Made by a program: the position numbers and the translations under genes. This document shows positions 12,494 through 25,200 of a stretch of DNA of 64,000 nt, piece by piece. The stretch comes from Phoronis australis (lineage: Eukaryota; Animalia; Phoronida): contig NMRA01000187.1 in the NCBI GenBank assembly GCA_002633005.1, forward strand, positions 553,740-617,739, in the 5' to 3' direction. The notes beneath the pieces were generated by a model that was not told where the DNA came from, searched no databases, and saw only the letters and a list, made by a program, of their open reading frames with translations. Numbering within the stretch: position 1 is the stretch's first letter; each line of letters opens with the position of its first letter.

Positions 12494-13904
12494 CCATGTT
12501 TCACGGATGTTATATTTAACTCTTTCAGATGAAGTGGCATGTATTAATCCAATTGCCAGAGCATTTACTGAATTGGCTGTTTGGGTACACGCGTACCCAT
12601 TTTGGTTGCCATGGATTCATATCAGGATGATGATAAATCATCATCAGTCTGATATTAGACTGATTATCATTCGTAGCATAATTCATGAAAAGCTCTGATC
12701 ATTTATCATTGTTTAGTGACCAAAAGTCATAGTGTTTCTGGATTTTATCACCTTGACCAGTATTCTGATGAATATGACATCTGTTCTTAACAAAGGTATC
12801 CAATGGTACAGATATTGATCATGGTGTGGTTTGGCTGTGATTAGTCTATTCAATATGTCCTATTTTTATTGATTGGTTAATTTTCATTGACCAATGGGTA
12901 ATTTGTTATTAAATAAATAAATATATTATTGTTGGTAATTCTCATGATTCCTTTTATCTTTTTAGACTCTTGTTAGTTGCCTAGATATTCTATTCATTTT
13001 AGGGGAATTAATGTATGTTATCTGAACATTGTTATGGTATGAGAGTTCGTTGTTATTAAAGACGCTCAATGAAAGAACAGATTAAAGTAAAATTAGGGAA
13101 AATGGCAATTAGTGACAAAATTGGTCGAAGCAATGAATATACTCTTCGTTCGTTCATTTCACTTTGTATTCATGATTTGTATAACTAATGAGGTGTTTAT
13201 CGTTAATAAGGTGAACTCTTATACATGTTGAAGTAAAAGTTGTTTAAAGCTCTTACCAACGACAAAATCTAAATACTTAAGTATAAAATAAAATAAGACG
13301 AACGTCGACACGAAATGTATTTAAAGCCTAAGGTTTCGAGTACTGTTTTTGTCACGTGGAGCAACAAAGAAATTTAATTTTATGCATATTACTTTTTATA
13401 TCGTCGTTATATTTCATACATGTTTGTACACCTTTGCCGTCGGGTAAAACTACAGTACATCGAATTATTTGCGTTATTCAACATTCCATAAGCATTTGTA
13501 GATTTTCCGTATATGACAACCACTTAACTTTTATCAATACGTGTGCGTTATCAGCGTAATCCTCTTTCGACCAAACAGGAATCGTGTTCACAGAGGGAAT
13601 TTGGCGTGGAAAAGAAATCTCCTCGGAATATGCGACGTCTCGATATCACTCTGTTTAGCCTGTGTAACGTCCATTGCAACGTCGCTCCGTCAATGAGTTT
13701 TTTTGTGATAGCGACTCAGCGATGTCTTGCTGTAACCTAATGGTATTTTAATTATGGCTTAGTGAAAAGCCGTACAGAACCGACAGCCAGAGAATGCGAA
13801 TGGATTTTTGAGTAATTAATTGCGGATTTCGAAATCGACCGAAAGTTGTCACTCTTAAGATTGTCTTGTCAGGTCAAGTCAAATTAACATAAATGTCTCC
13901 CGTT

Positions 13905-14984
13905 TCAAGATATCGACCATTGTGAGAGGCTGGTAGACTTACTTTCTCGACCGTTGCAGTGGTTCGCGTTGTAGTCCGTAATGTACCATAACTTCATAGT
14001 TTTGTTCTCTCTGCAGGACATTTTAATGCGCAGAACATTCATAAACTGTTTGTTGCAGCAGAAAAATACAAAGAAATTAAGCACGAACGTCATTAGCTCA
14101 ACACAGTTCGTAGTGATTCTGAATGTCTGGTACTGTGGCGACGTCAACTCCATGTCCTGAAATAACTCGCGCGCAATTGGCCGGGCAGCCAAAACTACGG
14201 GAAGAAATCCAACGAACACGCAAATATTAAATATGACAATAGTTACGGTGTATCGCCGCTGCTGTTTGGCTTGCTGAATTTGGTACCTTGGCTGTCTAAG
14301 CTTGATGTCCTTTTTGCGAACAAGTTCGTAAATGATTAAAATTCCAAAGACGAACAATAAAAGCAAAGACACGTAGGTCACAACCGATGCTTTTATCCAG
14401 GAGCAAACTGTGAACGTCCGTCGGAAGTCCGAGGAATAGTTTGCGATGACTATGTTGTTGCAGTCATCGATGGTGGAGGCGATAAAATAATACCAATGCA
14501 AGAGAGAAGAAAACACGATGAGACATGATATAACGCAATACGCCTTAGGTTTGCTGCAGTAGAGTTTTCCTTTAATAGGATACTTCACAACGATGTATCT
14601 CTCGACTGATATTGCGACTATAATCCAGATACTAACTGTTCCGACAATATTGTTAAACGGCAGGTAGATATAAACTTCATAAAAGCGTCGCCAGTAGTAT
14701 CCCGGGTTGCCTCCGTAGCAGTCTTGACATCTGGAAACACCGATGAAACCCACGATTGCCAAATATAGCGAATTGAAGAATGCGAGCGCTCGAAGGTACA
14801 CAAACGTTGGACTCCGGAACGACTTGTCCGTGAGTACGATTAGACATAGAATGTTGCACAATACTCCTAGTGTACAGATGCACGGATACACGTAACTATA
14901 CATCACGTGCTCGGAGTACACAAGGTTGCGACTGCAGTTGGTAAAATTACTCCAACTCGTGTTTTCAAGCCTTTCATTCTCCAT
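13905..14984 (-). CDS. Intronless class A (rhodopsin-like) GPCR, FMRFamide/sex-peptide-receptor-like group, 359 aa
   Basis: Single ORF with seven hydrophobic segments and N-terminal glycosylation sequons (NTS, NFT, NCS). TM1 GVLCN, TM2 YLRALA, TM3 SVERY..VKYP, TM6 FVGFLP, TM7 NFFVF..NKQF. Confidence 0.92.
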   Translation of the reverse strand: MENERLENTSWSNFTNCSRNLVYSEHVMYSYVYPCICTLGVLCNILCLIVLTDKSFRSPTFVYLRALAFFNSLYLAIVGFIGVSRCQDCYGGNPGYYWRRFYEVYIYLPFNNIVGTVSIWIIVAISVERYIVVKYPIKGKLYCSKPKAYCVISCLIVFSSLLHWYYFIASTIDDCNNIVIANYSSDFRRTFTVCSWIKASVVTYVSLLLLFVFGILIIYELVRKKDIKLRQPRYQIQQAKQQRRYTVTIVIFNICVFVGFLPVVLAARPIARELFQDMELTSPQYQTFRITTNCVELMTFVLNFFVFFCCNKQFMNVLRIKMSCRENKTMKLWYITDYNANHCNGRESKSTSLSQWSIS

Positions 14985-16099
14985 GACTGTATACTGTGAT
15001 TGTCACCAATAACGACAGTGAAGCTCGGAATGATTTACTCCGATAAACGAAGAGTCACATTCGCTAAAATTGTTTGACTTGTTCTCAGCTTCGATCAGCT
15101 ATGACGTCTTAAAAAGTCATTTCTGTAATTCGTCAAAAGCGCTGAATCTTGGCAGTTTTAAAACCACTATCGGAGGACGGCGGGCGGCCGAGTGCCATGA
15201 ACGCGTCACGCACGCTAAGGTTTTACCGAAGCGCTAGACCCTGTCCTGCCAGTATCCCCAATCCCGCGTCGGCTAAGACCTAATCAATATACAGGTATTA
15301 CATTTTATGGCAAAGTGACGTGAACACGGTTTATTGCTCAGTGGTACAAAACAATACTTTAACGACAGGTTACACAGACAAGTTATGGTACACCTTCACT
15401 AAAATGAATTTACTATCAAACATTCAAACAAAGCAGCCCTTTCCTTAGATGGTGTAGCAAATATTTATAGGCGTGCCTAAACGACAGATCGTCTTTGGCT
15501 GTAAAATACCTTAGCAATTATGGTATTATTGGTAACCCGAGTATTTTATCATGTAAATAAGCTAATGAAACCTCTTATATGGCGGATCACGGCGGCACAA
15601 CAAACTTCTACGGGCAAGTATTGTAGTCTGAACAGCTTAGGTCTTCAACACTTATCGGACATCAGAGCCGGTAACTGACTAGGCCTACATGTACAAGCCC
15701 CACGGTGCCCTAGATTTGACAACTGTTTGGAAAATTACGAGATCCATGGTTTCAAAATGTTAATAATTTAGTCATCCACATTGACTGGATCAATATTCAC
15801 AGCTTAATTGGCAGGATTTTACCATAACAACAAAAGTTGGAAAATATATAAAACGTGGTTTTTCCGTTCGGGTTTAAGAACCCATCAAAACAATAGGATT
15901 TGCACGTTCACTGCAGGCCTGCTGAGGTTGGCACTCACTATCAAAAATGCCGGATGACTGTTAAACTGACAACAGTTTATATATAATTACTCGCCTAGTT
16001 CAATAACTGAACATCCTGATTGAGAGTCAGTGTCATTGAATAATTGAAGTTATGTACGTTACAAGACAAATCGCCAAATTTGGCGAATTGCCGTGCGTC

Positions 16100-16396
16100 A
16101 CGCCATATCTCGGAAATTACTGATCGTATTCATATGAAACCTTCCGATACCATCACGTTGGAAATGAATTGTTTATAAAATGTTTATTTTTTGCATGAGG
16201 GGCTATCAAAAACTCAGAAGTTGCAGAAAACGAAAGCGAAATGTCTCTTTAAAAACCTGTCATATCGCTTGGGGATTTCATCTTGGACATTTATGTCAAA
16301 TGAAATTTGGTCGTGCTATTGACACCGTCGTTTTGGTATCAATATACCTGTGTTTTTGCCAAATGTTACTAAAACGACAAGGTCACGTGACCTCAT
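16100..16396 (+). repeat. Dispersed repeat family (probable non-autonomous DNA element); copies at about 18740-19083 (+) and 23315-23520 (-)
   Basis: Shared blocks gaggg(t)ctatcaaaac, tttggtcRtgYtattgaYaccgtYgtttt and ggtcacgtgacct; the reverse-complement block ttttgatagccctc occurs at about 23487. Confidence 0.7.
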
Positions 16397-17200
16397 CAAC
16401 AGCAGATTAGTGAAAAGTAGAAAAAAATCCGTATAGTACAAAGTGTTACTCTGCTCTACATAACTTAAACACGTTTTCAATTCCTTTATAACAGATCAAG
16501 TGCAAAGCGAAGTACGATAGCTGACGGAATTTTCATTTATTACATAAAGCAACATTATACAACGGGTACACGCGGTGTTATCTCAGTTATGCTAGAACAT
16601 TGACCATCATTTTCCCTCCTAAGCAAAGCCCATTCTGCAAAGTGACTTACCTGAAGTCTATGGGCTAATCGATCTGGAGGACCAATTTTCAGTCTTTACG
16701 GGCCCGTTGTCACCGCGTCAATGAAATTATTAAATGCTCCAATGACGCAGGGCGCGCTCCTAAAATTATGCCGACATAGTTTCTGCCGACTTCTTGAACT
16801 ATCTTGATATACATGCTTATTTTTAACTGATTTTAACCTAAATTGTGTTTGACAAGTTAAGTCATTGAATGACGCGCTGCGTCTCAAAAAATTCGAACGA
16901 GCGATTGAGTACCTGACGGTCACGTGGTTCGACAGCCGAGAAAGTTGAGATTACTAACAGTGCTAAGTTGTGCGAAACTAAAAGCAAAATCAAAACAGAT
17001 TCCCGTGAGAAAATCGAATTATTTTTCGTGAAAAAGTTCCGAAAATTGTTGAAATGTTATCTGCGATAAAGTCTTGAAATTCTCTTTAACTTTGCACTTC
17101 TTAATCATGTCTCAATGTCGCCGACTTCGGCGCGTCCTTTTGACCCTATTCAAACTGATATATATTTTTTACATGAACGTTTGTCCGAAAAACGAACATC

Positions 17201-17322
17201 AGGGGCAGACCCAGGATTTTTTAAAAAGGGGTTCCAAGTCAACAATTTTAAAATTCTAGATTTAATATCACTAAAATCAAAAGAAAAAAGGGGTTCGGAC
17301 CACCTTGACCCCCGGATCCGCC
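17201..17322. mobile_element. Short GC-terminal MITE (GGCGGATCC-type ends); relatives at 21690-21845, 25511-25662, about 20690-20755 and about 43581
   Basis: aggggcagacccaggatttt ... cccggatccgcct; relative catgggcggatccaggatttt ... aaatccgccactg. Confidence 0.6.
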
Positions 17323-17678
17323 TACGAAAATTCGTTTCGAACCAACTCAATGTTTTACGAAAAAGATATTAATTGAATGTATCAATATTTATTGCAATCA
17401 AGAAATACATATCTACACTTCTAAAACATGAAGTAGTTTGTATTCCATCCACACCCAGATCGCTCATCCGACCAACTCCGAACTCAGGAATCACTCGTGA
17501 TAATCGTCAAACATGAAATTGCCGGAGACGTTACAACGGCATTCGCAACATATCTAGTACACAAAACGTTTCCTCGGTACAAACAGCAACGGAAACACTT
17601 ATTGAATAAAAAATCGGAAAGATGAATCAACAGCCGCAGAAGACGAGATTTTTTTTCATCTGCATGGGAAATACAGCG

Positions 17679-19826
17679 TTAGCATTCTATGCCATATTTG
17701 TCGAAATTTCTCAATATCACACCAATGCTAAGGTGAACTTTCCCCGTGGCAGATGTATGAAGATAATATTTGTCTGCGCCGCAGCAGAACGTATCTGGAT
17801 TTCTTAATTGAGGTCCGCCGCCCAAAAAGTACTGTGACACCCGTTCTCGTAATGTAGACCCGGCAGGACGCCACGTTGGGCACGTGATGTCATGGTTACC
17901 CGGACTCGTTGGTAAATGGCAGAAGCCATAACCGTATATCTCGTTTCGTCCGAAAACGTCTTGGTGCCAAACTTGCAGATGAAATTTAGGCCAACCTGTG
18001 ACAAACAAATAACGAAAAACACAATATATTTTGCTATGAATTATAAACTTTCGTTGTAATGAACGGAACATGAACGTATGACTTGAAAACTTCTCAACCC
18101 GTTTAACTTGAGGCTGATGGGTCTTTCTTAGTTGGAGACTGCCAGAGGCATGCCGCCATGTTGAAAGGACACTCGACTGGATGTTCGACTCTCCCAGACA
18201 TTGTCTCGGATGTTTGGGGTATCGTATCGGGTGGGAGATTATCGTCCTAAGTACGGGTAATCGTTTTCACGACGTCCCCTCCCCTTCAGGAAGGAGAACA
18301 AAATTATGAAATATGTTGAGCACACAATTTTACTATTCGTGTCAACATACGTTTATTGTAAATTACCGTGTAAACCCTTTGCCGCGAAGTGTATGTCTAT
18401 TGGGTGCGAAAAGCAAGTGAACTGTTCATCCTTTGGCGAGTCCATTTGAGTCTGGCCCTCTGGTAAACCGGATATGATCCTCCAAGCTCCTCCTATGACA
18501 GAAATGAACAGCTGTATTATCTGACATGTTAATATCAGTTACGCAATCAGGATATAATGCATGAGGAAAGGTAGTTCTTTCGATCGGCTCCCCCTACGAT
18601 AATGTAAAGAATTTAATGAAACGTTAACCAACTCTGGTCTAATTCAGACTAAATAGTGACTGCCAGTGATTTGAGACCATTTTCCACCGTCACATAACGA
18701 CTATATAAGACCCTATAAAAATGGTCAGAATTTGAAACATCATGTATCAGAGATGGCTGATCGGATTTATGTGACGTTTAGATACTACGCTTTACGCGCT
18801 ATATTATTAAAACACTGCTTGGAATTGTTTTTTAATTTTTAAGTGTTCCACTTTTGCCGAGGGTCTATCAAAACATGATAGAATTTTATGAAACACCTTT
18901 AAAGTTGCATGAAAAGAAAACGAAATCATATGAGAAAACCGTATCAGCGTCTTTGATATATTACATTGAGCATTTATCACATCAAATAAACTTTGGTCAT
19001 GTTATTGATACCGTTGTTTTGCTCTCCATGTACCTTTCTTTGTTGCTAAATTTTACTGAAAAGACATGGTCACGTGACCTAATTAATGTGACTGTTTCAA
19101 TCTTCAGGCTCAGGATATATTGCTAAATTCACAGAGATATCATAAGGTTCTACTTAACCTAGTTGAAACCAGTCTTCTGCCAAAACGCGAACTCTCGTTA
19201 GACCATGAGGCCTAGTTTGTTTTTACTCAAATTCCCTGCCTTTGGAACATCTCAACTGACATGCGCAGTTGTGTTTATCACTTTAGGCCAGACGAATATT
19301 TTTCTAGCTGCTCGTCAGTTTCAGTCTGAAGACCACCTCTCTAATGAAATAGGTGAGACCAGGGTTGAGTCGGTATTTGAGAGAATCTCGCGAATAGAAC
19401 TAGTGTCGGATGTGTCTCGCTTGCAATACGTGGCGATATCTCGAGAAGTCTTGCGTTTTCGCAAGAGCATTACGTCCACAGAACGGGCACCAGTTGCATA
19501 ACAGTATGTGACCATAACCCAAAATCACATGTTAATATTTCAAAGAAGGTGGCTTTACATAATTTTTTAAAATATCAGCATTAATTATACAGAAAGGTTT
19601 GACAATTAGTGGGTTTGGGGCATTTTACTGTTCTGGTCACAGTATACACAGAAGTTCTGAAGAACACTGAGTTGGAAATTAGCTTTAACAAGTTACTGTT
19701 ACGATCACAATAAACCTAGATATGTGCAAAAATCCAACCTGCAAGCACCTTCCATTTGCACAGAAGTAAATGATCGGGGAATCCACTTGCTCCCACAATC
19801 TGACCGATAACATGCACTTCAGCCAT
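17679..19826 (-). CDS. B9D2: B9 domain-containing protein 2 (ciliary transition-zone MKS module), 3 coding exons, about 176 aa
   Basis: Exons 19826-19739 ([25 protein letters not shown]), 18492-18367 ([33 protein letters not shown]) and 17995-17679 ([57 protein letters not shown]); GT-AG and phase-consistent. Confidence 0.96.
19380..19470 (-). repeat. Dispersed repeat core shared with an element at about 57810-58238
   Basis: The reverse complement acgcaagacttctcgagatatcgccacgtattgcaagcgag matches acgcaagacttcgccagatatcgccatgcattgtagcgag at about 57947. The 57.8-58.2 kb copy has inverted ends tgaagctcatctgaa / ttcagatgagacttca. Confidence 0.6.
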
Positions 19827-20035
19827 GAACGACACGAGTTAGCGCCGAGCTGCCTGAAAAGTGAAACGAAAATCTTAGACTCAAAAGTCGAGTAAAGCAA
19901 GATCTCCACGCAAAACACTGCTTCTTATGAGTCGGCCTGCTTCAGCGGCAGCAGAATATTGACTTCAAACATTTCAAGAACTTCTCATACTTTGTCGACT
20001 AAGTGACCGACGTATTTTTTTTCCAATTTTTATTA

Positions 20036-20470
20036 TTAAAGAGGCTTGGAGCGCGATAGTCTAAAGTGCAAAATTGAAATTGGTTCTCTGTCACTGAAAC
20101 AGAATTCAACCTGCTCACAAAGCATGTTTAGGATTTGTTCGTAGAGGTTTTTGATTTCTGTTGATGTCAAAGCATTTTCTTTTAGTTTCAAATTTAAAAA
20201 AAACGATCTGTCAACTGCTCCCAACTTCGTCAATTTTTCTCCCACGAGGCAAAACACGTCATCTTATTGGCGCGGTATGGCAAGACACAGCACATTTCCT
20301 TTATATGGAAATTGTTACCTTTGACCTTTAGTGACTTCAAGCCACTGACTGTGAGCGCATGCGTGTATTTATCATCAGTGGGAGGGAGATTAGAAACTCT
20401 GTTTTAACCACAATTTTTTTCCTTAGCGCGTATCTCAAAAATCAGTCACATTTGCGAATAGGATGCCTTC
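20036..20470 (+). mobile_element. Non-autonomous DNA transposon copy (Kolobok-like); second copy at 56421-56959
   Basis: Begins ttaa-agagg. It aligns by eye with the 56.4-56.9 kb copy over blocks such as gaaacagaattcaRcctgctc, tcaaagcattttcttt, ttatatggaaa..acctttga and ggagattagaaactctgt. Confidence 0.7.
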
Positions 20471-20899
20471 GATGTCTTTAACTCAAACAAATACTCCCGT
20501 AATCAAATTTTTTCGAGCAGTCCTTCGGTCACTGGCAACTGCATGGCCATCAATAGTTTTACTTCCTGCGCGCTATGATACTGGCACTTGCTGTCCAATA
20601 GGAGCTTGTTGGCCATGCCGATTCGTGCCACTGAACGAAGGACTGCTCGAAAAAGTTGATTGCCATGGACGGCGCAGCACTGAAAAAAAGTGGGGGTTAT
20701 AGCCCCCCNCCCCCCCCCCCCCAACCCCCCAGCCCCCTATGGTGCGCCGCCCATGATTACGGGAGTGGTTCGAGTTGGCCTCCTAATTAAGGTGTCCCTC
20801 TAGATGTACAAATGGTACAACAACCGTGACTTCGGATCATTGTTTAAAAAGTGTGAGACATAATTCGCCGAAAAAGTTTCGGCGTATGATGCGCCTATT

Positions 20900-21450
20900 G
20901 GAGGATCACGGTCTATAGGCCTACTGGTGCCAATCGAGACGGAGGCACTGCCTAATTCAGTGGCTAGTGCATCTCAGTGCCCCATATCATGATCTATGGT
21001 GCCACGCTGCGGCAGCGGCAGCAGCCTGACCGCCAGGCTTCGATTGCACACTTTAACTGGCCACACACTTCTTGTTATTCATCTAAAGCAAAAACTCCTT
21101 CGCGTTGCTTGTTCATTGACTTGTAAATGATCACTCAACTACCAGTGTTCTTCGGTTCTTCGGTAATAGCAGAATACGGAAATGGAATCACGTAGTTTTC
21201 CTTTCCTACGCACGGCGGCGTTTTTCAAACTTGGGTTGGCGAGAAAGGAAGACTGAAGAGTCGGCGGTGCGAGCCCAGCGAAATCTCTCTCAACAGACTA
21301 ATTGCAATACACCTAGTTGTATTTGTAAAGCTTTGTACCAAGCCTACGATCCAGTGATCGTGATCGCTTCTTTTGTGATTTACTGGCAATCAGCTAAAGG
21401 TAGTCACCAAGCATTCATGCGAATATCCAAGCGTCACCCCGCGGCTGTAC
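20900..21450. promoter_or_regulatory. Probable shared (bidirectional) promoter region of B9D2 and TDP1
   Basis: The genes are head-to-head, and both start-codon exons are preceded by splice acceptors (minus at about 19856, plus at 22291), so their first non-coding exons must lie upstream. The stretch is relatively CpG-rich with a plus-strand donor AAAG|GTAG at about 21399. The TSSs are not determinable. Confidence 0.4.
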
Positions 21451-22292
21451 ACGTTGTAACTTGTAGTCGTTACCAGTCATCCAGTGTTTGTGAGTCGTGG
21501 AGTGTGGGGGTCCAGGTTTTACAAACCTCTAACTTCAATGTCTTGAATAAATCGAAGAGGTTAATGGGGTGGTGATATTTTCCATTGAACGTTGAAGCCG
21601 TCAATGAACTCCATTCATTTTTCTTTGTTTTATTGTACTCATGATCGAGATTTGCGGCCTTGCCCCAAACAAGGTGATGGACCTAAAGTCATGGGCGGAT
21701 CCAGGATTTTGAGTTAGGGGGAGGGGGCTAGGGCAGAGTATTGGCCAGGATTTTGCCTGTCAGACATTGGTACTCCCGAACTGCCCAAAGAATTTGGGGG
21801 GGAGGCAAGGCCCCCTTGCCCCCCCCCCCTCTAAATCCGCCACTGAAAGTCACCCTAGAGCTTAGAAAAGTTAAGAAGCAGAAACCTGAAATTGAAACTT
21901 TATTCAATTTAACTACAACATTAGTCACAATTTTCAAAATGTTTATTCATAGTGATTCAGTAGATGCTTCGATCAGTTTGTGTTGATACAATACTATACC
22001 TCAGTTTTCATTGGCCACTCGCCTCAGTGCTTGTAAAATGTTGTGTCAAGGCCCCTGAAAGTGGTGTAGCCATATTCGAGATACTTAATTTGCAATCGTA
22101 AGTATCTCCTAATCTGATAAATACAATAACAAGTCAATAATGCATTAATCCAAGTCATAGAATTATAACCATGATCATGTTTTTTAAATGTTGACCAATT
22201 ATTTACACCTATACCATGAACAGACTTTACAAGTTCACAATGTTTGACCGCCTTATCATCTCTTTCAACTAGTCTTGCTGTTAGCTTTCAGA

Positions 22293-25200
22293 ATGACTGC
22301 GGAGGCTGCTGACAGCAAGAAGACAGTTCACCAGTTATCTGATTCAGAGAGCGATTCTGATGATTCGGGTGATATTTCCATTGTGAGACAAGACTCCAGT
22401 TCAAAAAGAACTCATGAACTCTCAGACAGCGATTCCAGCAACGAAGGCACAACAGATCATCAAAAATTTCAGAGTAAAAAGATAAAACTGACTTCAGCTA
22501 TGTCAATGAGACAGACTTCTGCGACTGGAAATAATGAAAAAATCCAAAGAAAGGACAGACTAATAGCTACAGCAGGCTCTAGTGGCTCTAGAGAGGCCAG
22601 CCTGGACACAAGACCTTTGTGTAGATATGGAAAAGACTGTTACCGCAAAAATCCACTACATTTTACAGAATTTCAGCATCCACAATTTGGTATGTGAAAG
22701 AACTTATTAGTCTTTTTAAATGCACTCGGCTGATATCAAGACTTTGCTTAAAACTAAAAAGCAGCATGATTTTGTGGCAAAAGCTGAAAAGTTTAGTTTT
22801 AGTAATGATTGAGCAGGTTGATGAGAATGCAGATCTTAGCTCACCTGATAGTTCACATTCATACAAAATAACTTGGTTTTGATAATTGAATGTTGTGTTT
22901 TTTTCTCAAAAAAAATGTTAAGCATGCCAGGGAATGTTTAACTTCATAAATCAACAGAAAATTTATTTTCTGTCAACTAGGCCATCAAACATTTTTACAA
23001 TTTTAGGTTCTTCAAAGTTCACAGTGCTGAATCCTGCGCAGCCTAACCGTCATAATACGACAAGCATTAAGGAACGACTGGGTGACAGCAAATACAACTT
23101 CCTGTTAACGCATGTCACTGGCATCCAAGACAGGTACAACAATATGATTGGAATTCACATTAAAGGTGAGTGAAGCTATCTGCTTTTTTGATATTATGCA
23201 GGACATTATCACAAATATCTGCAAAGCATTGATTTAAGTACATTACAGCGGAAACCATGTTGAATTCAATTTTTTAGTTTATGCTTAGCCTATCAATTGG
23301 GTTACATGACAATATTTTTAGCAAACTTTAACGAAAATGAAAGGTACATTCATACCAATACAGCACTTGGTATCAACAAGACTGACCAAAGGTTGCTTGA
23401 TATTAATATTCAAGCTGAAATCTCAAAAATGCTTTAGCAGTTTTCTAAATTATCATTTCATTATTGTAAAATCATGAGAATTCTAATTTTGATAGCCCTC
23501 ATATAAAAATGAAACACTGGAAAAACAGGTCCTTACGGGCTTTTGAAGACCAGCAATTAAAGCATAGCCTCTTAAAGTTTCTTGAGAATGTAACCATCCA
23601 TTTGTGAAATATTATGTTCCAAAGTTAGCCAAAGTTGGACATTTTTCTAGGCTCCTATTTAATCTTAAGTTGCAAAATAGTGAAGGATGTGCTATAGTGT
23701 CGTTCTGAAATAGAGAACCCTGCTGCAAACTTTGTTTCCCTGTTTTGAAGTTCATGATTTTGAGCTTGACTAAGTTGCTTTGGGTTCTCCACTCGCGGTT
23801 TTAACAGGATGCTGCATCTTTTTTTCAATTTTGGTTTTTAGCTTTTGGCTCTGATTGAATTTTCTGCCTCTTTTCTGCTATCTTTAAATTTGTTAAGCCA
23901 GCAAATGTTTCAAGCCAGTAGCCTTACACTCTGTAATGTCTGCTCATGTGTGCATTTGCAATTTCAGAGTAGAGAAAGAATAAACCATCACAGAAATACG
24001 GGAAATTAACTCTTGACATAGGCTCCCAAACACTGTAATGGGAGAGGGATATCTACCCTTTTTGGTTGTTTGTTTGCTTCGGTACGTTTTTGACCTAGGG
24101 AAGTCTGGAGAACCCTGTTGCTGTATGTGACTTGTGTGTTTGAGTCATTGATATTTGTGTTCTTACAGATATCTTGTTTCCCGAATTTGGTAATTTGGTA
24201 TCGTCAGCTCAGTTCAACTACTGCATAGATATACCCTGGTTGGTTCAGCAGTATCCAGCCCAGTTCAGGTAGCAAATATATTCATGCAAGATGGCCCAAT
24301 GAAATTTACTCAGAAGCACATGTTTGACTCGTATTTAAAAGAGAACATAACATAATGTCTTTTTCATTGAATTACTCTAAGCGTTTCCTAAGGATAACCT
24401 ATTTTCTGTCAGTTTCTTGAGCCCTGTGATATATCTGATGACGCCCTACAAGGAATTGGAAACTGATTGTCCAATAAATGATGCTTTGTACAAAGAATAT
24501 TTTATTTGTAGCTAGGCAGTAAGACTCTGATGAATGTTAAAATGGCTGTTTTGGCATGTGTTATTTAGCAAAATAACACAAAAATTACTTTCCAGGTCGC
24601 GACCACTTCTTATCGTTCATGGAGAACAGAGAGAAAGTAAGAGTAGGTTGGATTTAGAGGCGATGAAGTTCCCTCATGTGAAGTTGTGTCAGGCTCGACT
24701 GGACATCATGTATGGAACACATCACACGTATGTCTTTTGCGGAACTTCTCTAGTTCTTGCCTTCTTAGTGCTTTGCTGGAGTTCCTTGGACACGAACGTG
24801 CCATCTTTGTTTTGATAAAATCTCACCAATTTAGGACACAATAAAGCAGACAAGTGAATTCTTGGTTTTTTTAGGTTTCATCTATGCAAATGATACGTAG
24901 CACCAAGTTAACAGGTCTCCATGTTAAAGCTCTATATCATTGCTAACGAAATACAATATTTTGGAAAATTGTGGGCATTCACACAGTGATAGAAACCCTG
25001 GCTTGTAAAATGAAAAAAGCTGTTTTGGCAATTTTTTGTCTAAATTTGGTGAGATTTTACCATAAACTCATGCATAGTTTATGTTTTATAGTATTGTCAC
25101 TCACTGCGCATTCGGTCTTCATTTAAAGCCATGCTTTTGTCAGTTTCATTCTTTGGACATCACCAGTGCAATATAGTCCAGGGGCCCATTCCAAGAAAAC

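Noticed and set aside
20520-20675. RFX X-box upstream of ciliary B9D2
   Set aside because: Only partial matches (gtcactggcaac, ttgccatggac); no full GTTNCCATGGNAAC palindrome
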